A DNA stretch of 64,000 nt. Source: Iphione sp. A-MEVVRFRX5. Its lineage: Eukaryota. The number at the start of each line of letters is the position of its first letter. Position 1 is the stretch's first letter. The notes beneath the pieces are model-generated. The model was not told where the DNA came from, did no database searches, and saw only the letters and a program-made list of their open reading frames with translations. This document shows, piece by piece, positions 1-12,822 of the stretch. The translations under genes and the position numbers were made by a program. The stretch spans positions 16,926,001-16,990,000 of the forward strand of contig OZ320323.1 of NCBI GenBank assembly GCA_976226885.1. The letters are read 5' to 3'.

Positions 1-431
1 GAGTTTGACGTCTTGATGGGGTTGTCATCAAGGAAAATGCACCATTTCTTGACAAAATTGGGAGAAATCACAGACTATTTGGCTCTGACGAGGTGGATGA
101 CAGGCTGGATTTCGATCCTTCGCTTTCCCTTGTTGCCAACAGAAAGTACGTTTTTCAAATTTGCAATGAATATGAAATTATTTGATATTTGATATTTTCT
201 TTTTTTCACTTTCTCAGCAATTCTGAGGTTTTCAAAGGAATACAACAAATGAGACAAGTTCAAGAGTTGTTGTTAAATTATGATGCTAGAGGCTGTAATA
301 TAAAGTATATAGTATGCCTCTGTACGAATAAAATTAAAAGTATTTGTGACGAGCATAAGTGATTGTTAGTCATATAAAATCATAAATTGTAAAGATTCGT
401 TGTGAAAAATGGAATAATTGCGTATGATTGA
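1..431 (+). CDS. Possible 3' exons of an unidentified gene, with a short AT-rich intron at 146-217
   Basis: GTACG donor at 146, a long T-rich tract ending TTCTCAG at 217, and open frames on both sides (e.g. ...LSLVANR|NNSEVFKGIQQMRQVQELLLNYDARGCNIK). The frame and downstream exon are ambiguous and I recognise no homology. Confidence 0.25.
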
Positions 432-2279
432 AAGGTATTCAATTTATTCATTCATGAAGGACGCACATAAAGGAGTGTTTTATATCGGCAGTTTCAAGAC
501 ATGGTTATTCATTAAATTTGGGGCGTTATACAGGGAATATTTCTAATGATCAGTCAGTCAAGATGTCTTTTTTTTTGGTTTCTCAGAGCTGCAATATTCT
601 CATATCCGCCTCATCCTTCAATAATATTCTTCCCCAAGAGAAATATATTTTACCTTCCTTGCTCGCCAGCACTCGCCCCAGTGGCACAGCCATCCCTCAC
701 TCCACTGTATTCCCCTGTAGAATCCTACCTATTGTCATCCTGACATCTGTTGTACCCGCAGAGAACTACTGAGTGGGGGTGGGAGTGGAGATGGGGGGGG
801 CGTTTGGAGTGCGTAGTGAGGTTGGGGGGGGCGCAGTCGGGGTGGGGAGTCGGGGTACTAGGTGGGGGAGGTCCTCCTTCTACGTCAAGTGCAGGCAGAA
901 TACTAATTGCCTGACAATTAGCCCGAGCACAACGTCCTCCATGTTGGGATGTTGCGACAAGTACCCTGGAGATGGAACCTGCACTACCTATTGAGTTCCA
1001 TTTACGGAGAAAACCTGCAAACATATGGACTTCTAATTTTTTTTCCCTAATCTGGAAATCTCAATTAGGTAACGAATTCGATGCAGGAAACTGTTCCCTG
1101 CTTCTATGACAAATGGCAGAATCACGTCTGGGAAATGTCACTTGTGTTGCACATAGTTAACGGTAGAAGGAGAACGATTGTTGCTGTACTTAAAGAGGTC
1201 CATCAGGCCCCCAAGGTGCGCTTCATACGCCACCGGATATACATTATAAATCATTTATACCTCCTATATCCCGTTACCTGACAGGCTGCATTCGTGACGA
1301 TTAACAATTCCACGACCTAAAAAAATTATCCTCGGATATAAATCTTAAATTGCTGGGTCCCTGATCTACTGTCAAGTCGCAAATGCATGTACAATGAAAA
1401 CTCTTCCAGGAGGTCATTATTGGTTCAAACTATATTTATAACAGGCGACGGAAAGGTTGCCCTGTATAAGATAGCAGTCTGTTCCACAGGAATTTCACCA
1501 TAAACGGAGGTGAGCACCTGGGGAAGGTGACCTTTAGGTGAACTCCCTAGCGTAGTTGCTTCGAGATGAGCGCATTCCGATACTTGAATATCCGGCAGTG
1601 ATTCACAGATAGCTTGTCTTCATACTTCCCCTTGGTTACCATGTATGTCTTGAAATGTCTGGCGGTTCTGTGGCTCTCGTTGTCTATGGCAAACTAGCGT
1701 GAATCGCCTTATGTTCTTCTTCTTTACATTTGTTAATAAGCATTTCCATTTGTAACTGTAGATCTCCCTTTCATTGGTAAAAGGATATTTACCTTCCCCC
1801 AAACGTCTATGTAATCTTTTCAATTTTATATTGATATATTAAGGTCCCCACCTAAGTGTGACAACTTTATTATGGGTAAGATTGTATGGTAGCCTTTTAT
1901 CTCCTAACGACGTGGAGTAATAATCATATATAGACGACCATCAGTAACTAACAGTCCCCAGCTGCAGGTTTTTATGCTCGATTATACATGGAGTGTCAGT
2001 AAAGCGGTGCATGGACACTGGGTGCATTTAACATTGATGGAAATACTACTTTTGTCGGTAATCGGGCGTCGGAAAATGAGGTCTGACTGTATTATAGGAC
2101 CAATAAATATAATTATATAATAAATATAATTATTTTATAAATAAAATTATAAATATATAGTGCATAGCTGTGAGTCTGTGCCTTTCTTATGGTGATAATT
2201 CGGAGGTGTCAGATGATTTGCTCACTGTTTAATAGCACGTGTGCAGGATCTTAAAAAGCACATGGGCGATAATCGGTAT

Positions 2280-2600
2280 GTATGCCTCGTACACACCCCG
2301 CCCCTCTGAGGGCCCTGGAGTGCCCCCGAGAGCTATCCTTTTACCCCGGAAGCAAATACTCTGACCCCACGCCGCTCTCCTACCCGCGAGACAATAAAGA
2401 GGCGAACAGGTCGCCACCGCCCTATTATCGCTCACTTCCGGCGGACACCGGATGCGGCGCGGCCAGCGTCAGCCGTGGGTCGATAACCTTGGCCATGGTC
2501 AGGGGCGGTGGTACCTCTCTGCTCCTCTGCGCATGCGTGTCGTCATACACGGAACCACACTCAACACGTAACAAGGACGCCAGGGGATTTGACACATGCA
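2280..2600. promoter_or_regulatory. CpG-rich segment with an ETS-type motif
   Basis: Locally high CpG density; CACTTCCGG at 2433-2441. Confidence 0.3.
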
Positions 2601-2874
2601 TACAAATGCACCTCGGAGAACTCGCACCAAACAAACCCGAAAAATTGGTACAGAAAGACACAGGCTAACGTTACACAGTGTTCAATGTACACAAAAATAC
2701 TAACTTTATACACACAAAAACACATAGATACGCATCCTAGCGTGCAGGAAAGCAGAAAGAAAACAAGCACGCAAAAAATGACAGTCTCAAGAAGACACCT
2801 TTTCAAGTGTGTTCTTGATACCAGCGAAACCTGACGCACCCAAACATCATCAAGGGCATATCCGACCAGGCCCG

Positions 2875-3064
2875 GAAGAGGAAGAGGAGAAGGAGGAGGA
2901 GGAGGAGGAGGAGGAGGAGGAGGAGGAAGAGGTGATGCAGGAGGAAGAGGAATAGGAGGGGAAGGAGGAGGAAGAGGTGGTGCAGGAGGAGGAGGAGAAG
3001 GAGGAGGAGGAGGAGCAGGATGGGAAGGAGGAGCAGGGGAAAAGAGGAGAAGGGGAAGGAGGAG
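2875..3064. repeat. (GGA/GAG)n purine-rich simple repeat running into an assembly gap
   Basis: Direct reading of the sequence. It produces the poly-E, poly-P and poly-L ORFs in the track. Confidence 0.95.
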
Positions 3065-3221
3065 NNNNNNNNNNNNNNNNNNNNNNNNNNNNNNNNNNNN
3101 NNNNNNNNNNNNNNNNNNNNNNNNNNNNNNNNNNNNNNNNNNNNNNNNNNNNNNNNNNNNNNNNNNNNNNNNNNNNNNNNNNNNNNNNNNNNNNNNNNNN
3201 NNNNNNNNNNNNNNNNNNNNN
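3065..3221. other. Assembly gap (157 N)
   Basis: Run of N. Confidence 1.
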
Positions 3222-4559
3222 TGGAATTGATATCTCCGCGCCATTGTGAGGCTAGCGAGTCATCAGAGTCGATGAAAAGGAATCGATCAATTGCTCGGAA
3301 AACGGCGAGCAAGTCGGTCGCCAGAGGGCTCGACCGAGGAGCAACAAGGACCAGCGGGGGGGGGGGATGTATGGAACAGGGAGGAATATATGGTACTCCG
3401 CTGAGGGGTAGGGTGATGGGAGAGGGTAAGGGATTTAGTCAGGGTAGAGAAGTGTGAAAAGCTGAACGGGCAAGCCTCATAAGATTCTCGGGAAATTGAG
3501 CGCATGCCCGGGTAAGGAAAGAGTAGGGGAAAGGGAAGCTGAAAGAAGAGGAGGGGGGGAAGAAAAGATAGGGCCGAGAGAGTGAAAGCAGGGGAATAGG
3601 AGTAAGAGGAGCCATGGTGGTAAAATGCAGAATGTGAGAGATGAATACGTAGACATAATTATAAGCTTCAGGAAAAACAAGTAGAAAGGGATTATGATAA
3701 GTACAAGGAAGAGTAGGGTGTATAAAAGAGTACAAACAATACAGGGGAGTAGAGAGAAGTGGGATGGGTAGGGGAAACGGGAAGCTCAGGAGGATCTGCG
3801 GACAGGAAGGATCTTGGAACAGTTGAGCAGATGAGAAGGGATCAAAAAGAGAACCGCATGCGTCTAAGGAAAGGAGACGGAGTAACTATAGATTCCTCTG
3901 GGGTAGAAATGTGAGATGTACACAAAGGTGAAGAACAGTAGCAGAGGGAAAAGACGGAAGAAATCAAGTTTCTATGCTACTGGCATACAGTCCCCTAAGA
4001 CAGTAGTGTTAGATTAAATCACCTCCAGTTATGTTTTTGGTAAGAAGTTGTTCTAAAGTTAACATGATGTTGTTACCGATGGATATGCTTACTTATGAAT
4101 GCATACTCTATGCACGGGGGATTTTTAAAGCAAGTTCTACATAGACATAGATATACAACTTAAGCAGTTTTTATTTTACTGGTTTGAACGGCATAATTCT
4201 TTGCTTGGTTTCTTTTTACGCACTCCGCATTTTTAATGAGTTTGGCATGTGAAAAAATTACGAAAACAAATGCAGGAAATACCCACTTTCCAGAGTAAGA
4301 GAAGACTCAAACTGGAAGAGGGTATTTACATGTACATGTACAGTGGAGACCCTATTTGTGAAGTCCTTACATCGATTTGGAACCATTCTCTCTTTTAAGA
4401 CCACCTGAGGCGGGAACAAAAACCTTGATTTCTATAGAATTGATATCCTATTTGTGACTAAATTCGCCAATGCAACCATTGGAGCCTGATCCCAAGGGAT
4501 GGTTGCAAAAAGGGTTTCCACTGTATATCAGAACATGTGACAACTATCGAAAGACATAC

Positions 4560-4695
4560 ATGCACGTCCGCATGAATATACCGCAATCAGATATCCGCCA
4601 AGGTTCATATAACAAATCTCATAGGAAGCGCGCACAGCAGGAGGCATCAGAGAGCAAATGAGACGGACTGCTGAAAGCTGCTGAGCGATCTGCTT
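4560..4695 (-). CDS. Candidate internal exon (KQIAQQLSAVRLICSLMPPAVRASYEICYMNLGGYLIAVYSCGRA)
   Basis: Minus-strand acceptor GCTTTCCAG and donor GTATGT. The exon is open in phase 0, matching the phase-0 end of the 5032-5276 exon. I recognise no homology. Confidence 0.3.
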
Positions 4696-4730
4696 CTGGA
4701 AAGCGGGCGGTGGCTGTAGTGTTCATATGC

Positions 4731-4734
<4 letters not shown>

Positions 4735-4762
<28 letters not shown>
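4735..4762. repeat. (GT)n microsatellite
   Basis: Direct reading. Confidence 0.95.
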
Positions 4763-4763
<1 letters not shown>

Positions 4764-4782
4764 GAGGGTGGAGGAGGGAAGA

Positions 4783-4975
4783 GGGCTGGCTGGAGAGCGG
4801 TGTGAGCCTACGCGAGCGTTGCAGGTGGTGTAGGGATATGTGAGTTGGTGTGTGTGGGGGGGGGGGGGTGTGGGTGTGGGTGTGGGTATAGTGGGTGAAG
4901 GAGGGAAAAGGGCTGGCTGGAGAGCGGGGGCATGTGTGAGCCGACGCGAGCGATGCAGGGTGGTGTAAGGCTGGT
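4783..4975. repeat. Diverged local duplication (about 60 bp, offset about 128 bp)
   Basis: GGGCTGGCTGGAGAGCGG...GTGTGAGCC(T/G)ACGCGAGCG(T/A)TGCAGG occurs at about 4783 and about 4911. Confidence 0.75.
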
Positions 4976-5031
4976 ATAGCTCGGGTTGAGGAGGGTGAGA
5001 GGATGGCACGCTACACTATGGCTGTCCTCAC

Positions 5032-5276
5032 GTGACCCTGTATATCACCCTTGTTGGCGTCACGCATTGTGTCGCTCTTGTCTTTCTCTGATCCTCCTTT
5101 GACTGCATCGCTCTTTTTAGTTAGGCATTTACTTGGATCATCGATCGTAGCACTTTGTTGAATTACATTGCGTGCGGTATATAGTATATTTTCGATGGCC
5201 TCTTGCACTATATTCTCTTTACATAGAAGTAGAGCAAGAGCGTTGTCTTGTGAAAGATGAAAAAGGGTACCACTTA
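5032..5276 (-). CDS. Candidate internal coding exon, helical or ARM-like composition, product unknown
   Basis: Pyrimidine-rich acceptor CTTCTCCTCACTGCTTTGTCAG and donor CAC|GTGAGG. The 245 nt are open (SGTLFHLSQDNALALLLCKENIVQEAIENILY...DIQGH) and lie within a 131-codon stop-free frame (5014-5406). Confidence 0.45.
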
Positions 5277-5372
5277 CTGACAAAGCAGTGAGGAGAAGCC
5301 GGAATTGTGTTGCTGCATGAATTTGATGGTGACATATATTGGATTTTCTCTTGAGTATTAGAACAATATCCT

Positions 5373-5877
5373 GTAGTATCTGAGGTTGTATATACTGGTA
5401 TCGATATCAGAGCTAATGAAAATCACTTTGGATTTCATTAAGAACACCTGATATTTGATATAGAATCTAGAATGTAGTATCTGAGGTCGTATACACTGGT
5501 ATCGATATCAGAGCTAATGAAAATCACTTTGGATTTCATTAAGAACACCTGATATTTGATATAGAATCTAGAATGTAGTATCTGAGGTTGTATATACTGG
5601 TATCGATATCAGAGCTAATGAAAATCACTTTGGATTTCTTTAAGAACACCTGATATTTGATATAGAATCTAGAATGTAGTATCTGAGGTTGTATATACTG
5701 GTATCGATATCAGAGCTAATGAAAATCACTTTGGATTTCTTTAAGAACACCTGATATTTGATATAGAATCTAGAATGTAGTATCTGAGGTTGTATATACT
5801 GGTATCGATATCAGAGATAATGAAAATCACTTTGGATTGCATCGAGCTCACCTGACATTTGATGTAGAATCTGGAAT
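5373..5877. repeat. Minisatellite, 5 x 101 bp
   Basis: Units start at 5373, 5474, 5575, 5676 and 5777 (GTAGTATCTGAGGTTGTATATACTGGTATCGATATCAGAGCTAATG...). Copies 1-4 are nearly identical and copy 5 is more diverged. Confidence 0.97.
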
Positions 5878-6671
5878 GCATTAAGAGACAATAAGTACAT
5901 GCAAGGACTCGCTGCCAGATTGCTGACCCCTTTTTCTATGCGTTGAAGATACCATTATATATGTATATCACTGATTGAACTGCTAGCGATAAACCTGCCC
6001 TGCAATATCCCCTGCCGCTCCGGTATGGGTTTTTGTAACAGTCGCGAAATGCATAACATGTAGCCCTGACGTATCCACTGCCAGTGACCCCCTGTCTGTG
6101 GCCACCTTTCACCCACCCCGCATCACGGGAGCACGTCCAATTTGAGAATCAGACGTATGCCACACGTTATCAATCTGTACCTGGCACAACCACGTACGTA
6201 TCACTACTGCATCCCTTATACACAGCACAGTCTAAAAAATAAATCACCTGATTCCCCCACCTCTCCACAACCGTCTCCTCGGCCATCGATAAACCATGTC
6301 TACTGTTGCAATCTGTCACTTACAAAGCAGCAATCGGCGAACACTGAACAGTGTGGATAAGTTTACTGGATACGGTGTTGGTGTAGGCCAAGTATGTGGA
6401 GCCTATATTCACTGTTTACCACTATCTTGCCTCAAACTGTTCTTACACATTTTTTACCCTTGATCTTTCCTTGTTACCCATCAAAAGTTTTTATGTCAGA
6501 AATATATGCATTAAAATCTTGACAGTCTTTCTACTCGTCACCATCTTTACAATTTTCTCCATACATTCCCATACTGACCTTATCCCATACTGTCCAGAGC
6601 ACAACTTCCTCAGCAAGAGCATCTTGTGCCTACCACAATCACCCGCCTTTATTCGCTACTGTTTTTTCCCA

Positions 6672-6764
6672 TCTTTCTCTTCCTCTCTCTCCCTCTCTCT
6701 TTCTTCCTCTTTCTCCCTCTCTTTCTCTCTCTCTTTCTTTCTCTCTCTCTCTTTCTCTCTCTCT
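6672..6764. repeat. TC-rich simple repeat
   Basis: Direct reading. Confidence 0.9.
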
Positions 6765-9700
6765 ATGTTGCCCTTTCGTTCTATCTCCGTATATATGCAT
6801 ATATACTACAGCCTCGGAACACACACAGAACCCGCCGCTATAGGGATCGCCAGCAGCAGACGCAGGGGACCAGGGGGATAGGGAAACGAGGGGGAGGGGG
6901 GCGGCGGTTGCTGCTGGGAGGTCAGCGCAGGAAATCTCATCCCAATCCAAGCAGGCTTAGCCAGAATATAGATGGGCTATTGAAGCCATTCATCTCCGAC
7001 CAGCTCGACCAGGATGAGCGGGCCGCCAGTGATGCTATAAGTGTATATTCCGACTCCTCTGTATCTCCATCCCCATCCCCACCCCCAACCCCCACAGCCT
7101 CCTGCACCCCACACCCTACCTTGACCTCCTCGTCCAGCCATCACCCACTCCTCCCTTCCCTCCCTTCAGGCCTTCCTCCTACGGCCAAACCCCTGCCTCT
7201 GGGGATCTCACCCTGGTGGGACACACGACCCTCGGGGGACACATTAACGTCTACACCGGCGGCTATCAATTGAACTATAGGAGTTAACAGTACGGAACCA
7301 GTTGAGGCATTCAATTCCTTTCATCAGGCATTTACTGCGCCCTAGTCGGACACACACGTGCGGGCCCGGGGGTACTGGACAACCTGACGGGGGAGACAAG
7401 GTCCCACAATGGCCAAAAGTGTACGGTAGGACCAGAAACGACTGCTGCTGTATCCGACCTCATCAGAATACTTTACTATCGACCTATACCCACATATCGA
7501 TGAGAAAGTGCTTGTTCGTCACCCTAATTTATAACTGACTTGACACCTTGTCGAACACATGAAGAATCGAAGAGTAATGTTCACTTACAGCGAATTTCTA
7601 CCTCGACTATATAAGTCAAATTACTACATTAAGCAAATATATAAGAAATCCCCAATATTTATGATAGAAAACCATTATAATATTTCCCTAATATGGCAGT
7701 GCTTCAAGCCATAATACCAAATAGATGCTAAAACCTAATGATCCCTACGGCTGTCATTGGCTTTCAGGATTTGGCTGAGCAGTGAGTGCAATAAGCAGTA
7801 CTGGTCATACAATCCCATTGAGGGGGGGGCTTTATATTGCTGTCATAGTCCTCTCTCTATGAGGTCTGTAATAATATAACAGTACGAAGTGCCCAGCCAA
7901 ATTGCCCTGCCTTTGCTAGGGACTGTGCTTCATGTTGCTGTATCTTCGCGTACATTTATCACCGCTGTTATGGCTATTGTTTGTCGATGAACCCAACAAA
8001 TGGAGATGCAAATATCCCTGTTGTAGTCTATATAGAAGTATACCTGTTAGAGTTCTTTTGGCGCTTAATGTTGATGTAACGCTAGTTTACTGATCAGGAC
8101 TGATGAGTGCCCGAGGCACGTAATATATCTTGGCGGCAGGTGCATTCAGGGAAGAATGACTTAATGGTCAGTCAAATAAGACTGCGGCTGATCTGGCAAA
8201 ACGCACTGGACTACCATCCAATCCTCGAAATATTTCCACTTCTACTGTTTACCCAGCACAGGCTGGAGCACAAATTGATGCTGCAGTGATATTGCTAAGA
8301 GGTCGAGTTACTATTGTAAGGTTTATTTTTTCTCATATTCGCGGCCAGAATCTTGTTCACAAACACACACACGCGCGCAACATACATAGATGTACATGTA
8401 CATGTATATGTGTTTATGTTGGAAAATTACCAATTAAAACACAATGTCAGGAATCCAGTTAATAAGGTGGCTTTTACTTCTGATTTATTACAGACTAGCT
8501 CAACGCATCGCTCTAGATTAACCTTCTTCAGGAACACTGTACATGAAGCGCGATTTTCTTGGGCCCTCCTCTCGTCCTCTTTGCCTTTACCACCATTTCC
8601 AAGAATGTCCCCACAACTGATCTTCCGATAGCACTGCCTTCAGGACGAATATAGTGAACACCTCTTACCTGAGGCTACGGGAGAGTCAGTACAAGCTGCT
8701 GCATTACTATTTGTTACTGTCCATTGGTGACTTGCTTCCTAGCGTACTATCCACAGCTAACCCAAGCCCTATCCCGTTGGACAGCCAACTGCTGCTGCTA
8801 GTCATGCAATGACTGTCACTGTGATTGTCAGTACGAGGGCGGCGGGCAACAAGGTTGGCTGCACCCGCGAGTAAAAGGGCACTGCTGGTCAACACTGCCT
8901 CGTGAACTCCTTTTCTTTTTGATGGCACAATGTGCTATATATCTATTGGTGCCATTGCGAGGTCTGATAGTCATTTCCGTATAAACGAAATACAAATTTT
9001 TATTGCTATAAGCTGTGTTCGGCCTTCATCTTCGGAATAATGTATGTATATATGCATGTATCATAGAGAACCTGTGCAATATTTCACTTTCTGGTTGGAC
9101 TTTGTATATGAAGATAAGAAAATCTGCCATTTTTTGTTTACATTATTGATCATATGTATGAAATCATGTCTGATGAGTAAGTGCGCAGAATTTAGCTATG
9201 TATTAACAGACTCTGTAAATCTTTCTTGCCACCCTCTGTGCTGTATTCCCCGTTTTTATTTCAATGCGTGTAATTTCTAGCCATTCACTTCGCTTCATAC
9301 GGCACATATAGAGATCTCTGGTTCACCCGGCTTACTTTGCTTTCGTCTGCCATATTAAAGTGTATCGTCATAACTAATAAATAAATACGTGCTATGATAT
9401 AAAGTGGTCAACAGGTATGTATGAACTGAGTACCTACATTCTGGGTTTACCCAACCCCACATCCTACGAACCATCTACAGATTTAGCTAAAAAAATAAAA
9501 GTGCAATATGAAATGCAAATTATGTTGAAAGATCCTGGTGTAACATTCTACTATTGCCTTTCGCAGACATAGTATGTACAGTGTCTGTACATCTAATAAC
9601 ATGTTACTTTTGCACTATATTGTGTTGGTGCTTTTTTCATATATGCTTTTATCATATATATAGGACATTCACTTCTATGATCGTAACACATTTTCTATAG

Positions 9701-10431
9701 TTCCTTATAGCCTGTATGAAGAATATATCCATAGTAATCAGCTAGATATCACGTTCTTCTTGTGCATTCAGCATGCATATAGGCCATTTTGACTGGAACG
9801 ATATTACTGTTACACCCCTTCAGGATTTATAGGGTATATAAGGGGTACATTGACTTAATTGTCATAAAAGGCATTGCATAACTAAATACCAGCCGCAGTC
9901 ATGATATATTGTCCACATGATGTGCATGTGTGTGTGCGAGTGTATGTGTGTGTGGGGGAGAGGGGGTGACCAAGGTATGTAAAGTCACCATCCCTGCAGC
10001 TGACCGGTCTGAGATCACATAACATTACCTCATCTCACCGAATCTGACAGTACTCGTCAAGTGACACTACTGATCAGGGCGGCTAGGACTGTCACAACAT
10101 ATAAAACACCAGAGACGTAACGTCAACCTATCCACTTCGAGGGTGAGAATCGATTATGACTGCTCTACGTTTAGGCCAGTGCCTGGTCGGGTGAGGTAAG
10201 TAAATTATACGGAATGTAAAACTTCGAGGAAAACAAGATTATCTTCCCAGAACGTAAAATCCACTCACCTTCTGACAAACACGGTTAGCTTTTCAGAGAT
10301 TATTCTCAAGATCAAAGCATTTCGTGAGATAACAACTATCAAAGATTCCCTCTTAAACACTCAGGTTGGTTTCTTATTTATCATGACTTCTTACTACAGT
10401 ATAAGGACCTTTCAATAGATCATCTTATATC

Positions 10432-10709
10432 ATTTTGTTAGCTAGGGATCGATTTGCTAACAAATACTATGCCTTCCCGTTACATCAAAGACATCCATCT
10501 TTTCTATCCCACTTCCATCATCGGAGACTCTAATAACTTGGAAGTCCCTAACCACCAGGGATTACACAAAATTTTGTTAGCTAGGGATCTATTTGCTAAC
10601 AAATACTATGCCTTCCCGTTACATCAAAGACATCCTTCTTTTCTATCCCACTTCCATCATCGGAGACTCTAGGAACTTGGAAGTCCCTAACCACCAGGGG
10701 TTACACAAA
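10432..10709. repeat. Tandem duplication, 2 x 139 bp
   Basis: ATTTTGTTAGCTAGGGATC...TTACACAAA starts at 10432 and 10571; about 5 substitutions between copies. Confidence 0.95.
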
Positions 10710-11010
10710 AAATCAGGATTTCCAACAACTAGGGCTTCGACGACCCACAAGAGATTCCTAAAACCACTAAAGAATTCCTCCAACAACCAGGGATTCCAAC
10801 TACCAGTAATGCCAAAATTCACTACAGACTACTTCAACTACAAATCAACTACCAGGTATCACCTCAATTAAGAGGGATTACCAAACCACTAGGGATTACC
10901 TAAATGGCAGAGATTGACCCAAGCACCGGGGATTACCCAAACACAAGGGACTACCCCAACGACCAGGAGGATTACCCTAACCACCAGGGTTTCACCAACT
11001 ACCAGTACTG
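10690..11010 (+). repeat. Degenerate ~18-bp repeat (ACCACCAGGGATTACC-like core)
   Basis: Recurrent (C/T)AGGGATT(A/C)C cores preceded by AC-rich linkers. Confidence 0.6.
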
Positions 11011-11924
11011 AGCCCACCACAAGGCGTCCACTTCAAAGGGTTCACTGCCCCTCAACCCCAACCCCCTCACCCTTACCACCACCGACCACATGCCGTGTTC
11101 CCCAGCTGACAGGGCCTCCCGTATTCTCCTTTCTATGGTTTGGCGTTGGGTCCATAAACCCCATCGTACATGGTGCACCAGTCCCCAGGGCCGGGTAGCG
11201 GCAAAGTGAGGCTCGAAGGCTGTAATATGTCAATCACCATCTTCGTCTCCTTACAGTATCGGGCTCCACTACGTCCTTTGTCCGCATCCCGATGCCTGTC
11301 TGTCCGTCTGTTTGTCTTTTTAAGCAAACTTGCCTTTACGATAATATTCTTTTCTTTCAATAGCACCGTTCCTTGAACTAATTTTTTCATTACATATACA
11401 TATATGCATACAAATATGCATGCACCTCTCATTGACTTGCTCTCCAATTCCCCGCTTGATGTATATTGTTTTTGTTGTTGTTTTTTCTCCTACGTATACA
11501 CACGGATGATATTATTAAATCTCTTGAGGTTTTGTGCCAATTTTATTTCCATCTAGGTAAATTAACCTCACTCGTCCTAAAGATATTTTCCCCGACAATA
11601 ATAATGCTTCCCGTTTGTGATATATAGATATATATTTATAAATGTTTCGAAACGGTTCATAAACACTCATACTGTGGCTGTGCATATACACTGTATAGAC
11701 CCCTTTCCCATGGGTACTATTTGTTGTCATGGCAATGACAGTAGCCTGGAGCTAGATCCCCCCTCCCACCCGACCCCCTTGCATCCACACAGAGACCCGT
11801 CTAGCCCTACTACTCTACAGTATGAGATCCTGTGTGTTTTTATTCAACACGTGTGGGCCATAACCTCTTTTAGCCCATTACGCCCATGAGGAAAAAAATG
11901 AAAGTTTTAGTGCAGGCGGCTTAC

Positions 11925-11996
11925 CATAGCAGTAATTGGAAACGTTAGCTATGAGACTCTTGTGTGCTGGGATTATCGCAACCGAAATTGTGTACA
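11925..11996 (-). CDS. Candidate symmetric phase-1 exon (72 nt)
   Basis: TTTTTCCCAG acceptor and G|GTAAGC donor; open (VYTISVAIIPAHKSLIANVSNYCY). Confidence 0.2.
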
Positions 11997-12822
11997 CTGG
12001 GAAAAATAGCTGCATATGTATTCTCTGATAAGCCTTAACGATGTGCCCTTGCGTTCTCAATAAAGTAACACAACTGAAATTTATGCTTAAATATATATAT
12101 ATATATTTATATAAATGCTAACTTATGTTTCGATGTATATGCTTTGATTGTTGAGAAAGCATCATGTCAAAATAAACGGCGATCAATCCTCACTGTTGAA
12201 GAGGAAACGTTAAATTATTTTCATAGAGCGGATCGAACAACAGAGGTAATTGCGAATTAGAACAAAAATACCGCCACGTAATTGATTGCCTGAATGCTGT
12301 GACAAGGGTTAAGTTCAAAACTTCGTTGTATCAGGATCTATAATATGCCACTATAAGAAGTGACTTCCAATTCTGTCACAGAAGGGTAGACAAATACAGA
12401 TCTACTATGCCCATCATTGATATTGCCTTTATTTAGCATAGATTGCGAGGCTCGACCGATTTCCTCTTGGGCTAGCTAAGTAGATATATGGTCCTTACTA
12501 AGTGATGCCCAGTCAGTTTGCTGTGTTGTGGATTTCCGTTGGAAAGAACTCAATGTTTGTGACATGCTGTATAAAGGAGCCGTGATAACAAGACATGAAC
12601 TGCTAGCCTCAGGTGTAAGGTAAAAAAAAATGCAATCCTAGCTGCGGCACATTTAGTTAAGGCGTATTTTTAAACGACAGGTGTACCTTACTTGGGACAC
12701 GCACCAGAACAGCACATAAACTATTAAACTTTGAGGTGAGGAACCGTAGTTGTAACGCAAGGACCCCCCCCCCCAACCACATTTACACGTTTAAAAACGA
12801 TACAGGTATTCACTGAAGTTAC

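Noticed and set aside
2561-3457. Long ORFs of 145-227 aa around the gap
   Set aside because: They are translations of (GGA)n and N runs; low-complexity artefacts.
5373-5877. Regularly spaced repeats as a CRISPR array (also 63172-63403)
   Set aside because: The units are head-to-tail with no unique spacers, there are no cas genes, and the context is eukaryotic.
6626-7273. 215-aa plus-strand ORF
   Set aside because: The N-terminal part is a (TC)n repeat and the rest is Pro/Ser-rich with no recognisable domain or convincing splice sites. I cannot exclude an exon at about 6960-7270.
8044-8330. Exon-like segment (minus strand, 237 nt between AG and GT) and an ankyrin-like NKTAADLAKRTG on the plus strand
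   Set aside because: In-frame stops in every frame; the resemblance is too short to support a pseudogene call.
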